Source of the DNA: Bacteroidota bacterium
Lineage (GTDB): Bacteria > Bacteroidota > Bacteroidia > UKL13-3
Assembly: GCA_046309355.1 (NCBI GenBank)
Contig: JBKCPL010000027.1
Coordinates: forward strand, 11,857-75,856
Direction of reading: 5' to 3'
DNA length: 64,000 bases
Part shown: one piece after another, positions 18,788-28,560 of the stretch
How positions within the stretch are numbered: position 1 is the first letter of the stretch
Layout of the letters: every line of letters starts with the position of its first letter
Notes under the pieces: generated by a model
Told to the model about the DNA's origin: nothing
The model's database searches: none
The model's input: only the letters and a program-made list of their open reading frames with translations
Position numbers and translations under genes: made by a program

Positions 18788-21241
18788 CTACCAACTTATG
18801 GTTATTTCATCCTTGCTGTGCTCAGTTACAAATGATCCCACTTCTGTTTTTTTAGCATCAATGCTTTTTCCTATCGGATCAAACTGAGATACTCCCGGCA
18901 TCATTTCCAATTGCGCATTGGCTACATTCACAGCTTTGCCATTTAACTTAATAGAAGCATTGGCAGGAAAACCATGCATGTAAAAACGTAGGAATTTATA
19001 CTTGGAAACATGATTGCCTATCGCCTTTGAAGCACTTAATGTGTTACTGGAAGGTTGATACGTAAAATTTCTTGAAAGGAATTTTCCATTGCGGTATTCA
19101 TACATGTCGCCTTGATCTTCGTAATACTCAAACGTATTGGCCTGTTTGCCGTAATAAAAATGAATAGCCAAGGTATCGGAAGGCTTTTCGCCTGCATGCT
19201 GTACAACGGTTTGCATCGGTATGATACTGCCTCCTTTTACATAAACCGGCAACATTTCCATCGGTGTTTCTACATACAATTCGCGGTTGCCTTCATATTT
19301 TTCTTCGGTAAAAAACTGATACCACTCACCTGCAGGCAAATACACCTTATTAATTTCTTTATAGCTTGTAACAGGAGCAACCAATATGCCGTGCCCAAAC
19401 ATATATTGATTCTGGTATTTCCAATCATACACCATCGGGTCATAGGTATGTGTAATGGCCAAACTGCGTGCAACAGGCATTCCGTTTTTGGTTGATTCAT
19501 AAAACGAACTGTATAGATAAGGCATAAGGCGATAGCGGAGTGAAATATAATTCCTTACGATTTCTTCTACCTTCTCACCATAACTCCAAGGTTCACTGTC
19601 TTTGGCATCAATCATTTTATGGCTTCTGAAAAACGGGCAGAAAGACCCGATTTGCATCCAACGGCAAAACAACTCCTTAGATGCCTCGCCTGCAAATCCT
19701 CCAACGTCATATCCTGCATTGGAAACACCACTTAATCCCAAACTATTTATTAAACGAACACCCGCCAACATATGGTCATCATCCGGGCGGTTATCGCCTG
19801 TCCATATGGCTGAATAACGCTGAATACCTGCATACGCTGCACGTGTTAAAATAAAAGGCCGCTTTCCTTTCATCAGTTCTTTGCTGCCTTCAAAAGTGCT
19901 GCGAGCCATTTGCATACCATACACATTGTGCCACTCGCGGTGTGATGCCTTGCGGCCTTCAAAATCAGCTTCTACCAAATCAGGGAAACGTTGCCCCCAG
20001 GTAGCGGGCTCATTCATGTCGTTCCAAAAACCATCAATTCCATCGTTGATGTATCCTGCAAATGATTGTCCCCACCACTTTCTGGCTTTGGGTTTTGTAA
20101 AATCCGGAAAGTGACACCAGCCGGGCCAAACTTGTCCCGTGTAGTTGGTTCCGTCAGGATACTTTAAAAACAATTCATCCTTCAGGCCTTCTTCATAAGC
20201 TTTATAACCCTTCTCTACTTTTATACCCGGATCAACAATCACCACATTTTTAAAGCCCATGCCTTCCAGCTCATCCAGCATTTTTTTCGGCTGAGGGAAA
20301 CGCTCATTGTTCCAGGTAAATATTTTGTATTGATCCATATAATGGATATCGAAATAAATCACATCGGAAGGAATTTTTTTATCGCGAAAAGTTTTGGCCA
20401 GCGTAATTACTTCCTTGTCGGGATAGTAACTGTATCGACACTGCTGAAAGCCGATGCTCCAAAGAGATGGCATTTCCATACGGCCTGTTAATGCAGTGTA
20501 TGATTCGATAATTCCCGCGACAGTTGCAGACGCAAATAAATAATAGTTCATCTCCCCATCTTCTGCTGTAAATGAACTGAAACGATTGTTAGATGCTCCG
20601 AAATTAAAGTGTGATTTATAGGTATTGTCTAAAAACAAACCGTATACCACATTATGGTGCACGCCCATGTAAAAAGGAATTGATGCATAGATAGGGTCTC
20701 CGTTTGACGGATAGGCAAAGTAATCGGTATTCCAGTTGGTAAAACCTTCGCCTCTTCTATTGAGGTTACCTGTTTTTTCTCCTAACCCGATAAACTTTTC
20801 ATCATCCTGCATTTTTTTGTACGTACTCACTTCTTCCCCTATCCATCCGGTACCAAATGCTGGCTCGTCTTCATTCAATAACTCGCCTTTATGATTGAAT
20901 AGTGCAATTCGTGCAGGATTTTTAGTAATAACCAGATAACAAGAGTCGGTGCGCAATTCATACGCTGAACCTTTATCAGTAACATTAATTAAACCAGCAA
21001 CAGGCTTGGCTTGTACGGCATAACTAAAGTCCTCAAAAGATGTTGATTTATTAATTTGCACGCGTATACACACAGGCGAATACGCACTGATACGAATGTG
21101 GCCGGTAGACGTATTGAATAGCACATAAGGTTCTTTATTGCTGTAGCCATTAATAGAGCCTAGTGACTGATGAAGTTTAGCCTGCGAATTAGCTTGTAAA
21201 CAAATTACTATAGAGAAAATACTTAGAATTATTTTTTTCAT
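18788..21241 (-). CDS. GH31 alpha-glucosidase
   Basis: Start moved to MKKIILSIF (signal peptide) at 21241; GLGEK, GFWNDMNEP nucleophile, WTGDN acid/base, DVGGF. Confidence 0.93.
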   Translation of the reverse strand: MKKIILSIFSIVICLQANSQAKLHQSLGSINGYSNKEPYVLFNTSTGHIRISAYSPVCIRVQINKSTSFEDFSYAVQAKPVAGLINVTDKGSAYELRTDSCYLVITKNPARIALFNHKGELLNEDEPAFGTGWIGEEVSTYKKMQDDEKFIGLGEKTGNLNRRGEGFTNWNTDYFAYPSNGDPIYASIPFYMGVHHNVVYGLFLDNTYKSHFNFGASNNRFSSFTAEDGEMNYYLFASATVAGIIESYTALTGRMEMPSLWSIGFQQCRYSYYPDKEVITLAKTFRDKKIPSDVIYFDIHYMDQYKIFTWNNERFPQPKKMLDELEGMGFKNVVIVDPGIKVEKGYKAYEEGLKDELFLKYPDGTNYTGQVWPGWCHFPDFTKPKARKWWGQSFAGYINDGIDGFWNDMNEPATWGQRFPDLVEADFEGRKASHREWHNVYGMQMARSTFEGSKELMKGKRPFILTRAAYAGIQRYSAIWTGDNRPDDDHMLAGVRLINSLGLSGVSNAGYDVGGFAGEASKELFCRWMQIGSFCPFFRSHKMIDAKDSEPWSYGEKVEEIVRNYISLRYRLMPYLYSSFYESTKNGMPVARSLAITHTYDPMVYDWKYQNQYMFGHGILVAPVTSYKEINKVYLPAGEWYQFFTEEKYEGNRELYVETPMEMLPVYVKGGSIIPMQTVVQHAGEKPSDTLAIHFYYGKQANTFEYYEDQGDMYEYRNGKFLSRNFTYQPSSNTLSASKAIGNHVSKYKFLRFYMHGFPANASIKLNGKAVNVANAQLEMMPGVSQFDPIGKSIDAKKTEVGSFVTEHSKDEITISW

Positions 21242-21293
21242 AACTGTATTTTTACAAGACACAATGATACATAACATCCAGTTAGTATCAAAC

Positions 21294-21312
21294 CTGTGTA
21301 CGCATAACACTT
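21294..21312. promoter_or_regulatory. Putative NrtR-family operator 3, between divergent GH31 and the NrtR gene
   Basis: CTGTGT-ACGCATA-ACACTT; position fits autoregulation. Confidence 0.7.
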
Positions 21313-21349
21313 ATTTCGCAGAAAAATTTATTTTCGCTGTACCTTTATC

Positions 21350-22063
21350 ATGAAAAAAAGTACCTTCCAGAAACACCTATCTGTCGATTGTGTCATTTTC
21401 GGGTTTGACGAAAGCAATAATAAATTTGAAGTATTGCTCATTGAGCAAAAAGACCCATCACAAAAATCTACACATACATACAGACCCCAATTTGCCCTAC
21501 CAGGTGATTTGATAAACGAGAAAGAGAGCCTTGATGAGGCCGCTACACGTGTTTTAAAAGAGCTTACCCACGTAGAAGGTTTAGTATTGAGGCAATTTCA
21601 CACCTTTGGCGACCCCTTGCGTGTAAAACAAACCAAGGACAAAGAATGGCTGGCGTTTTACCGTTCAGATCCGGATGCACGTGTGGTAACCATAGCGTAT
21701 TATACTTTGGTGCGCAAAGAAATGATACGACCAATACCGGGGTCATTTGCGAAAAACGTTGTGTGGAAGAATGTACAACGAGTGCCGCCATTGGCTTTTG
21801 ACCATAATCTAATTGTTAAAACAGCGCTTGACGATATAAGAACCCGAATGCACTATAACCATATTGCAGAGCAGCTACTGCCGGTAAAATTCACTTTGCG
21901 TCAATTGCAAAACCTGTATGAAGTAGTACTGAATACTACGTTTGACAAACGAAATTTCATCAAGCGTTTCAAAAAAGATGAGGAACTCATCGAGTTGGGC
22001 GAAAAGCAGAAGGGTGTATTGCACAAGCCTGCGAAGTTGTATTCGTTTAAAACCCGCCATTGA
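21350..22063 (+). CDS. NrtR-family transcriptional regulator (Nudix + winged HTH)
   Basis: LSVDCVIFGF, degenerate Nudix box GDLINEKESLDEAATRVLKELT, LAFDH, and wHTH FTLRQLQNLYE...DKRNF...PAKLYSF. Confidence 0.92.
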   Translation: MKKSTFQKHLSVDCVIFGFDESNNKFEVLLIEQKDPSQKSTHTYRPQFALPGDLINEKESLDEAATRVLKELTHVEGLVLRQFHTFGDPLRVKQTKDKEWLAFYRSDPDARVVTIAYYTLVRKEMIRPIPGSFAKNVVWKNVQRVPPLAFDHNLIVKTALDDIRTRMHYNHIAEQLLPVKFTLRQLQNLYEVVLNTTFDKRNFIKRFKKDEELIELGEKQKGVLHKPAKLYSFKTRH

Positions 22064-22093
22064 TTTTTAATCGAGTGTCAATATAGTAAGCAT

Positions 22094-22125
22094 AAAAAAA
22101 GCCCGGCAATGCCGGGCTTTTTTTT
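22094..22125. terminator. Bidirectional intrinsic terminator between the NrtR gene and the T9SS binding protein gene
   Basis: A7-GCCCGGC-AAT-GCCGGGC-T8 between convergent genes. Confidence 0.9.
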
Positions 22126-22140
22126 GAGAGTTTGATTCGT

Positions 22141-23850
22141 TTACTGTACAATCAGTTTCAGCACACGTGATTCTCCATTAGCACCAGTTAAGCGCACAAA
22201 GAATAAGCCATTGCCTAATTCCTCTTTCGAGAGTTTCACTTCTTTAGATTCTGTTTGAATACTTTTCAGTACACGTCCTGTAATGTCAATTACCGAGATA
22301 TTTACTTCACCTTTTACTGAGCTCAGGTTAAGTGTAGCAAATTCTTTGGCAGGGTTAGGATACATTACAACCTGGTTGAATAAACCAGCTACTTTGTTCA
22401 ATCCTACAGAAATGGTAGCACACTTGTTATAAACATAAGCTAATACCACAGCAGCTGTATCGGTTCTAGTATATTTACGGTTAAAGCCACCCAATCCGTT
22501 TGGCTCAAGACAAGCACGTGAAGCAGTGTCAGGATAGGTTTCTTCACTAGCCTGCAGTGATGAGTCGCCATTTAAAAATTTATAGTTGAATGAACCAGGG
22601 CATACATTATTTACTGTTATAGCAAATACACCAGGCTCACCGGCTACAGGATTTAAACGCAGTGCACCCGCTTGCCAGTTTGGAGTTTGGAATGTACCCA
22701 TAACATAAATTCTTCCTTGTGGATCCGGAACTTCATTTGACATATCCACTTTAAACGTAATGCTTGAAGGGGCTGGCTTAGGAACACATGGTGAAGATGA
22801 GCCGAAGCAATTAGGTGCCAAAACAGAATCTTTATCTAATACATACGTTCTGTCTCCTCCGCCTTCCCAGTTGGTGTTGCCATTTTTGTGGAAGCGGAAT
22901 TTGAATTTAACTTCACCTGAGTCGAGCTCAATTACTGCTGAGTAAACATTGCTCGTTCCTACTTGATTCAGTTTAACACCGCTGCCCCAGTTAGTCAATT
23001 CAGAGCGGGCACCGGCAACTGTAACTGAATCAAATCCACCATCGCAATTGCTGTTCGACATGTCCACACGGAAAGTAATATCGTAGCGTGGAAGCGGAGC
23101 AGCAGGACAAGCGATACATGAATTGAAGCATACAATAGCTTCAGCTTTGCTGGCATTGGAAACTACCTGACGGTTACCATTTACAGCGCAACTTGATGGA
23201 ACGGACTCCCAGCCACCATCTCCATTTTTAAATTTGTATTCGTAAGACATTCCGGTGTCAAGAATAGCAATGTACTCATACAATTTGTTAGATGTATACA
23301 GGTTAGTCATGGAACGCTGACCTGCACCCCAACTTGTAAATGCACCGGCAATAAATACACCGTCATTGGCTACTGTTTCATTTTTCAGATCCACAGCAAA
23401 ACGCACTGCATTTTTACCTGCTGGGGCATTACCGTTGAACAAATAAGCGGGTAGGTCTGTGGTATCATTCGCTGATGAGTCGATAAACATCCAGCGATTA
23501 CCGTTAGATTGTCCATTGTTCGGATGACCTTTTTGGCTCAACGAAGGAACTGACTCGGGTACGCTAGGGCTATTCCAGTCGTTGCCGTTGATGAATTTAA
23601 ATTCATAATAACGTCCGGCAGGAATGTCAACCACAACAGCATAAATTTCGCTTGAACCTACTTTTGTTAATGGAGTTTCATTGGGTTTCCAGTCGCCAGA
23701 GGCGCCCGCTTCACTTTGAAAATCGCCAGCAACGTGTACACCGTTTGAGCTGACAGCAGTTCCGGTCATATCAACCTGAAATCTGACTTTTTTTGCAAAT
23801 GCACCTGAAAACATTCCAAGTGCAGCTGTGAATAGTAATAGTTTTTTCAT
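22141..23850 (-). CDS. T9SS-secreted non-catalytic protein with four tandem CBM20/CBM48-like starch-binding modules
   Basis: Signal peptide; four repeats of FxVD[ML]...[VI]xG...W...[YF]KF...R; C-terminal MYPNPA...GLFFVRL...KLIVQ sorting domain; no catalytic motif seen. Confidence 0.75.
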   Translation of the reverse strand: MKKLLLFTAALGMFSGAFAKKVRFQVDMTGTAVSSNGVHVAGDFQSEAGASGDWKPNETPLTKVGSSEIYAVVVDIPAGRYYEFKFINGNDWNSPSVPESVPSLSQKGHPNNGQSNGNRWMFIDSSANDTTDLPAYLFNGNAPAGKNAVRFAVDLKNETVANDGVFIAGAFTSWGAGQRSMTNLYTSNKLYEYIAILDTGMSYEYKFKNGDGGWESVPSSCAVNGNRQVVSNASKAEAIVCFNSCIACPAAPLPRYDITFRVDMSNSNCDGGFDSVTVAGARSELTNWGSGVKLNQVGTSNVYSAVIELDSGEVKFKFRFHKNGNTNWEGGGDRTYVLDKDSVLAPNCFGSSSPCVPKPAPSSITFKVDMSNEVPDPQGRIYVMGTFQTPNWQAGALRLNPVAGEPGVFAITVNNVCPGSFNYKFLNGDSSLQASEETYPDTASRACLEPNGLGGFNRKYTRTDTAAVVLAYVYNKCATISVGLNKVAGLFNQVVMYPNPAKEFATLNLSSVKGEVNISVIDITGRVLKSIQTESKEVKLSKEELGNGLFFVRLTGANGESRVLKLIVQ

Positions 23851-23906
23851 AATGTGTTATTCAAATATGATTCGAATATAAAATTATTTTTAACAAAAAA
23901 ACAAAT

Positions 23907-23925
23907 AAGTGTAGGAAATACACTT
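23907..23925. promoter_or_regulatory. Putative NrtR-family operator 4, between the divergent binding-protein gene and susC
   Basis: AAGTGT-AGGAAAT-ACACTT, perfect 6-bp arms. Confidence 0.8.
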
Positions 23926-24012
23926 TCAATTTTCTAAATCGCACTGTCAATTTATGTTTTTCTATTGAGAAACAGCTATAAATTGGTATCAGAATATTAA
24001 ACATTATTACAT

Positions 24013-27000
24013 ATGAAAGGAACGATACTTACATTCGTATTGGCTGCCATCTTTACACAGGCGGGAGCACAAACTATTTCAGGAAAAGTAACCGACAACC
24101 AAAATCAACCTTTAATTGGTGTAGTGGTTATGGCTGAAGGTACTCAAAAAGGAGATGTAACAAATATAGATGGGAATTATACCATACAGGGCCTGCAGCA
24201 GGGTAAATATAAAATACGTTTTCAATTTACAGGCCTTAAAACCGAATACAAAACTGTGGAACTTGGTGCTGCACCAGTTGTAATTAATATGTCACTCAAA
24301 GAAGACCCCAAGCAACTGGATGAAGTCGTGGTAGTTGGGTATGGTGTGCAGCGCAGAAGAGAACTAACGTCATCCATCGCTAAAATTTCTACAAAAGAGC
24401 TTACCGATCTACCTGTTCAAAGTTTTGAGCAAGCCATGCAGGGTAAGCTTGCAGGTGTTGCTGTTACGCAGGGCAGCGGAGTTGCAGGTTCTCCGTCTAT
24501 TATTCGCATACGGGGTATAAGTTCTATTAGTGCCAGTGGCGATCCTTTATACGTAATAGACGGAATTCCGATTACTCAAAGCTATGCTGTTTATGGGAAC
24601 AGCGGTGGATTCAACTTTAATCCGCTTGCAACCATCAACCCGAATGATATAGAATCAGTAGAAGTTTTAAAAGATGCAGCTGCAACTGCTATTTATGGAT
24701 CCAGAGGCGCTAATGGAGTTATTATGATAACGACCCGCAGGGCCAAAAAAGGCAAGCTCGCTATTACCTATAATGGTCAATTAGGTTTTTCAACGCCTAC
24801 AGCACGCCCTAAGCTGGTTAGCAGAGATGAATTTTTGCAGCTGTATGAAGAAGCGTGGATTAATGATGGCCGGGTGGGGAAACCCGATTTATCGGTAGGT
24901 GGTATTACAGGCATAACATGGGATGAAGCACGCAATAACAATACCGACTGGTATAGCGCAACAACACAAACAGGAGTTAGACACCAGCACGATATAACCC
25001 TCTCCAAAGGGTGGGATAAATTCAATGTATTCTCCAGCATATCGTATCTTAAAAACGAAACCTTTATACGTGGAAATTCGTATGAACGAATAAGTACACG
25101 TTTCAATATGGATTATCAAATTCTTAAAAACCTGAAAGCTTCATTTGGAACATCATTTACCTCGGGTTTGAATAACCGTATATACAGCGGTTGGTCAGGC
25201 GGATTCGGTTTAGTAATGTCATCGGCACTGCCTATATATCCTATCCGAAATGCAGACGGAACTTATTTTACCTTCAATAACTCAGATGCAGCATTTAGAA
25301 CAAATCCGGTGATGATGCAGGACCTCTACAAATGGGAAACCCGCGAATTGCGTTCCATCAATTCAATAAGCCTGGATTATCAGGTGATTAAAAACCTAAG
25401 CGTACGTGCACAAGGAAATTACGATTACCAGAACATAGCAGACGATAATTTTTCGCCTGCTGAATTGCTTCGTGCTACCCGAGCTGATACAACAGGAATT
25501 GCCCGCAGAGATGCTAACCATACCAATAACTACAACTACACTATTCAGGCAACGTACAATTACGATATCAATAAGTTCAATAACATTAGCGTTACAGGTG
25601 GTTTTGAAAGACAACGTTCTGTAACCAATGGTGTAAGTTTGCAACAACGAAATGCTACAGGATTGTTGCAATCAAATGAGCCTACTTCTGTTCCCTATTT
25701 TACTTCAAGTGGTACACCCAATCCTAACTTTCTGTCGACAAACAAATTGCAGCAAGAATGGATATTCGAACGCTATTTCAGCCGATTTAATTACAGCCTG
25801 TGGCAGCGTTACTATGCTCAGGTATCGTTAAGCTACGATGGCTCATCACGCTTCGGTACTAACTACCGCTACGGTTTCTTCCCTGCGGTGTCAGCCGGAT
25901 GGAACATTTCAGATGAAAGCTTCCTATCAGGAAATAAAACCATCAGCTACCTCAAATTGCGTTCATCGTATGGTAAGGCCGGTAACTCTGATTTTGAAAA
26001 CGATGCGCGTTTCGGATTTTTCCAGCTATCGCCAGGAACACCGTACAACGGACAACCAATTTTATACCCTACTAAACTTGAAAACAGAAACCTTCGCTGG
26101 GAAACTTCGTGGACGTTTAACGTTGGCCTCGACTTTGGCTTATTTAATGACCGCATAACCGGTACGGTTGAATACTACGACAAACGAAGTTCTGATATTA
26201 TTATGCGTTTAAATATTGACCCGTCAAACGGCTTTAGTGAATATTTTGACAATGTTGGCTCTATAAGAAATCACGGTATTGAACTTTCGTTGAAGTCAAA
26301 CAATATAGTAGGTCGCAACTTTAAATGGACTACTCAGTTTGTTATTGCACGCAACCTTAATGAGCTTACCAGTACAGGAAACTACACCGAAGAAGCGGTG
26401 AGTGGCGGTACCAATGATACACGAATAGTTGTGGGTAGTCCGGTGGGTACTTTTTATCTGGTACGCTTCTCGCACGTTGATAAAGAAACCGGAAGACCTG
26501 TATATCTAGATAAAAACGGAAACGAAACCTTTACCTGGGACCCCAGCAATCGAGTTCCTGTTGGCTCCATTTTGCCCAAAGCTACAGGAGGCTTAACAAA
26601 TACCTTTCAATACAAAAACTGGGATCTGAGTATATTATTTATTTTCCAAATTGGTGGCAGCATATACGATGCTTCGGCCAAGCGTCAGCTGGGTGTAGTT
26701 TCATTCTGGAATATACGTCCGGAAATTGCAGACAGGTGGCAAAAACCGGGTGACGATGCCAAATTTCCTCGATTAACGCTGGATGCATCTAACTATGGCC
26801 TTCCCAACTACTGGCAGTACAACACCACAATGTGGATGTATGATGCCAGCTTTGTGCGTTTGCGTAATTTGTCAATCGGATATAACCTGCCAGCTAAATG
26901 GGCTAAAAAAGCCGGAATGGGATCAGCTCGAATAGGATTTATCGGAACCAACCTCTTAGTGTTTACCTCCTATCCCGGATTGGATCCTGAAATTGCACGC

Positions 27001-27111
27001 GATGGAGAAGGCAATATCAATCAATCGCGAAATATGCAGGCACAAAATACCTATTACCTGAATGCACCTCAGGAAAGAACCTACAATTTTCAAGTTACTT
27101 TAACCTTTTAA
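24013..27111 (+). CDS. susC: SusC/RagA family TonB-dependent transporter
   Basis: LDEVVVVGYG, PLYVIDG, DIESVEVLKDAAATAIYGSRGANGVIMITT, LRWET; C-terminal Phe; 1032 aa. Confidence 0.96.
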   Translation: MKGTILTFVLAAIFTQAGAQTISGKVTDNQNQPLIGVVVMAEGTQKGDVTNIDGNYTIQGLQQGKYKIRFQFTGLKTEYKTVELGAAPVVINMSLKEDPKQLDEVVVVGYGVQRRRELTSSIAKISTKELTDLPVQSFEQAMQGKLAGVAVTQGSGVAGSPSIIRIRGISSISASGDPLYVIDGIPITQSYAVYGNSGGFNFNPLATINPNDIESVEVLKDAAATAIYGSRGANGVIMITTRRAKKGKLAITYNGQLGFSTPTARPKLVSRDEFLQLYEEAWINDGRVGKPDLSVGGITGITWDEARNNNTDWYSATTQTGVRHQHDITLSKGWDKFNVFSSISYLKNETFIRGNSYERISTRFNMDYQILKNLKASFGTSFTSGLNNRIYSGWSGGFGLVMSSALPIYPIRNADGTYFTFNNSDAAFRTNPVMMQDLYKWETRELRSINSISLDYQVIKNLSVRAQGNYDYQNIADDNFSPAELLRATRADTTGIARRDANHTNNYNYTIQATYNYDINKFNNISVTGGFERQRSVTNGVSLQQRNATGLLQSNEPTSVPYFTSSGTPNPNFLSTNKLQQEWIFERYFSRFNYSLWQRYYAQVSLSYDGSSRFGTNYRYGFFPAVSAGWNISDESFLSGNKTISYLKLRSSYGKAGNSDFENDARFGFFQLSPGTPYNGQPILYPTKLENRNLRWETSWTFNVGLDFGLFNDRITGTVEYYDKRSSDIIMRLNIDPSNGFSEYFDNVGSIRNHGIELSLKSNNIVGRNFKWTTQFVIARNLNELTSTGNYTEEAVSGGTNDTRIVVGSPVGTFYLVRFSHVDKETGRPVYLDKNGNETFTWDPSNRVPVGSILPKATGGLTNTFQYKNWDLSILFIFQIGGSIYDASAKRQLGVVSFWNIRPEIADRWQKPGDDAKFPRLTLDASNYGLPNYWQYNTTMWMYDASFVRLRNLSIGYNLPAKWAKKAGMGSARIGFIGTNLLVFTSYPGLDPEIARDGEGNINQSRNMQAQNTYYLNAPQERTYNFQVTLTF

Positions 27112-27123
27112 TTAAGACGTACC

Positions 27124-28554
27124 ATGAAATTAAATACAGTAAGCACACTTTTATATACAGCTGTTCTGGCACTGGCCTTATCTGTCAGCTCTTGCGAAAA
27201 AAATCTGGATGTAGAATTGGAAACAGGTCCTGAGGCGTTAACACCTGAAAATGCTATCAAAAGCAAAGACGACCTGCAGAAACTGCTCAATTCTTGCTAC
27301 GATGCATGCGCCAATATGATGAACGGTCAGTTTCAGGTATCTTCTGATTTGCTGGCAGACGATGTTAGTAAACCCACCAACAACGATGGATTTATAACAG
27401 GTATTTACAACCGCCAAAGCGACCAGTTTAATACGTTTATCGGACGAGCGTTTGCTCAACCCTATTTTACCATCTACCGCTGTAACGTAATGGATCTGTA
27501 TTATGACAAAGTTGAAATAAGCGATGCAGAGAAAAACCGCTTACAGGGTGAAGCAGCTTTTCTGAGAGCCTTGTGCCATTTCGAGGCTGTTAAACTATGG
27601 GCACACCCTTATGGCTTCACACCTGATAACTCACATCTGGGAATAATCATTCGGAAAAGAGCGCTAAATGAAGCTATACCACGCAGCACAGTTAAAGAAA
27701 CTTACGATTACATTATTAGTGAGCTGCAAAGTGCAATAGGTAAATTACCGGAGCAGAATGGGGTGTATGCCACAAAAAATGCTGCTAAAGCGTTACTTGC
27801 CAAAGTATATTTTCAGATGAATGACTATACCAATGCGCTAACACTTCTTGATGAAGTAATAAATACCGGTGGGTATCAGTTAAGTGACAGCTTGAACAGA
27901 TTTGTACGTGAGAATAGTGTGAATGAAGTGGTGTTTGGATTTGTGAGCGGTAATAACGCTTACGAAACTGGCAGTCGCAGTGGTGAGTTTAAAGACAAAT
28001 ACAGAAACGACTTGCAAGGCGATAATGTACTGCCTGTATTATGTTTATCAGCTGAATTGGCGGGAATACTAAAAAGCGATACCACCGATCAGCGAGGCAA
28101 ACTGACACGTACCTATAATAAAGGGCAGCCTAATGAGCAAATGGCCACTACAAAATTTAATCTGAATAATTTTGCAACACCCTATATACACTTAACCGAC
28201 CTGAAACTGATGCGTGCAGAAATACTCGCTATACAAGGCAACGCATCTTCAGCTATTAGTGATTTAACTCCTATCATAAAACGAGCTTACCTGCCAAGTG
28301 CAAGCAAAGAAACATATGTAGCCACCTTAAGCGGAAATGCGTTAGTGGAAGAAATACGTTTGCAACGCAGAATTGAGTTGAATTGCGAAGGCGACCGACT
28401 GCATCAGGTAAAAAGAATAGGCGTAAGCAAAGGTCAAAATAATCTGATGGTTAGAGGTGTGCCTTGGAATTGCAACGGAATGATCTTACAGTTCCCAGCA
28501 TCCTGCGGAACATCACGTGTATTTGAATTTAACCCTACTACTATTTGCAATTAA
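27124..28554 (+). CDS. susD: SusD/RagB family surface lipoprotein
   Basis: Lipobox VSSC, GEAAFLRALCHF, AKALLAKVY, LMRAE, RRIELNCEGDR. Confidence 0.93.
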   Translation: MKLNTVSTLLYTAVLALALSVSSCEKNLDVELETGPEALTPENAIKSKDDLQKLLNSCYDACANMMNGQFQVSSDLLADDVSKPTNNDGFITGIYNRQSDQFNTFIGRAFAQPYFTIYRCNVMDLYYDKVEISDAEKNRLQGEAAFLRALCHFEAVKLWAHPYGFTPDNSHLGIIIRKRALNEAIPRSTVKETYDYIISELQSAIGKLPEQNGVYATKNAAKALLAKVYFQMNDYTNALTLLDEVINTGGYQLSDSLNRFVRENSVNEVVFGFVSGNNAYETGSRSGEFKDKYRNDLQGDNVLPVLCLSAELAGILKSDTTDQRGKLTRTYNKGQPNEQMATTKFNLNNFATPYIHLTDLKLMRAEILAIQGNASSAISDLTPIIKRAYLPSASKETYVATLSGNALVEEIRLQRRIELNCEGDRLHQVKRIGVSKGQNNLMVRGVPWNCNGMILQFPASCGTSRVFEFNPTTICN

Positions 28555-28560
28555 TAATAT

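Noticed and set aside
21242-21310. N-terminal extension of the GH31 ORF (start at 21310)
   Set aside because: It runs through the operator/promoter region; the signal peptide begins at 21241.
23852-23870. Possible fifth NrtR box (ATGTGT-TATTCAA-ATATGA)
   Set aside because: The right arm lacks ACAC; only a half-site, in AT-rich DNA.
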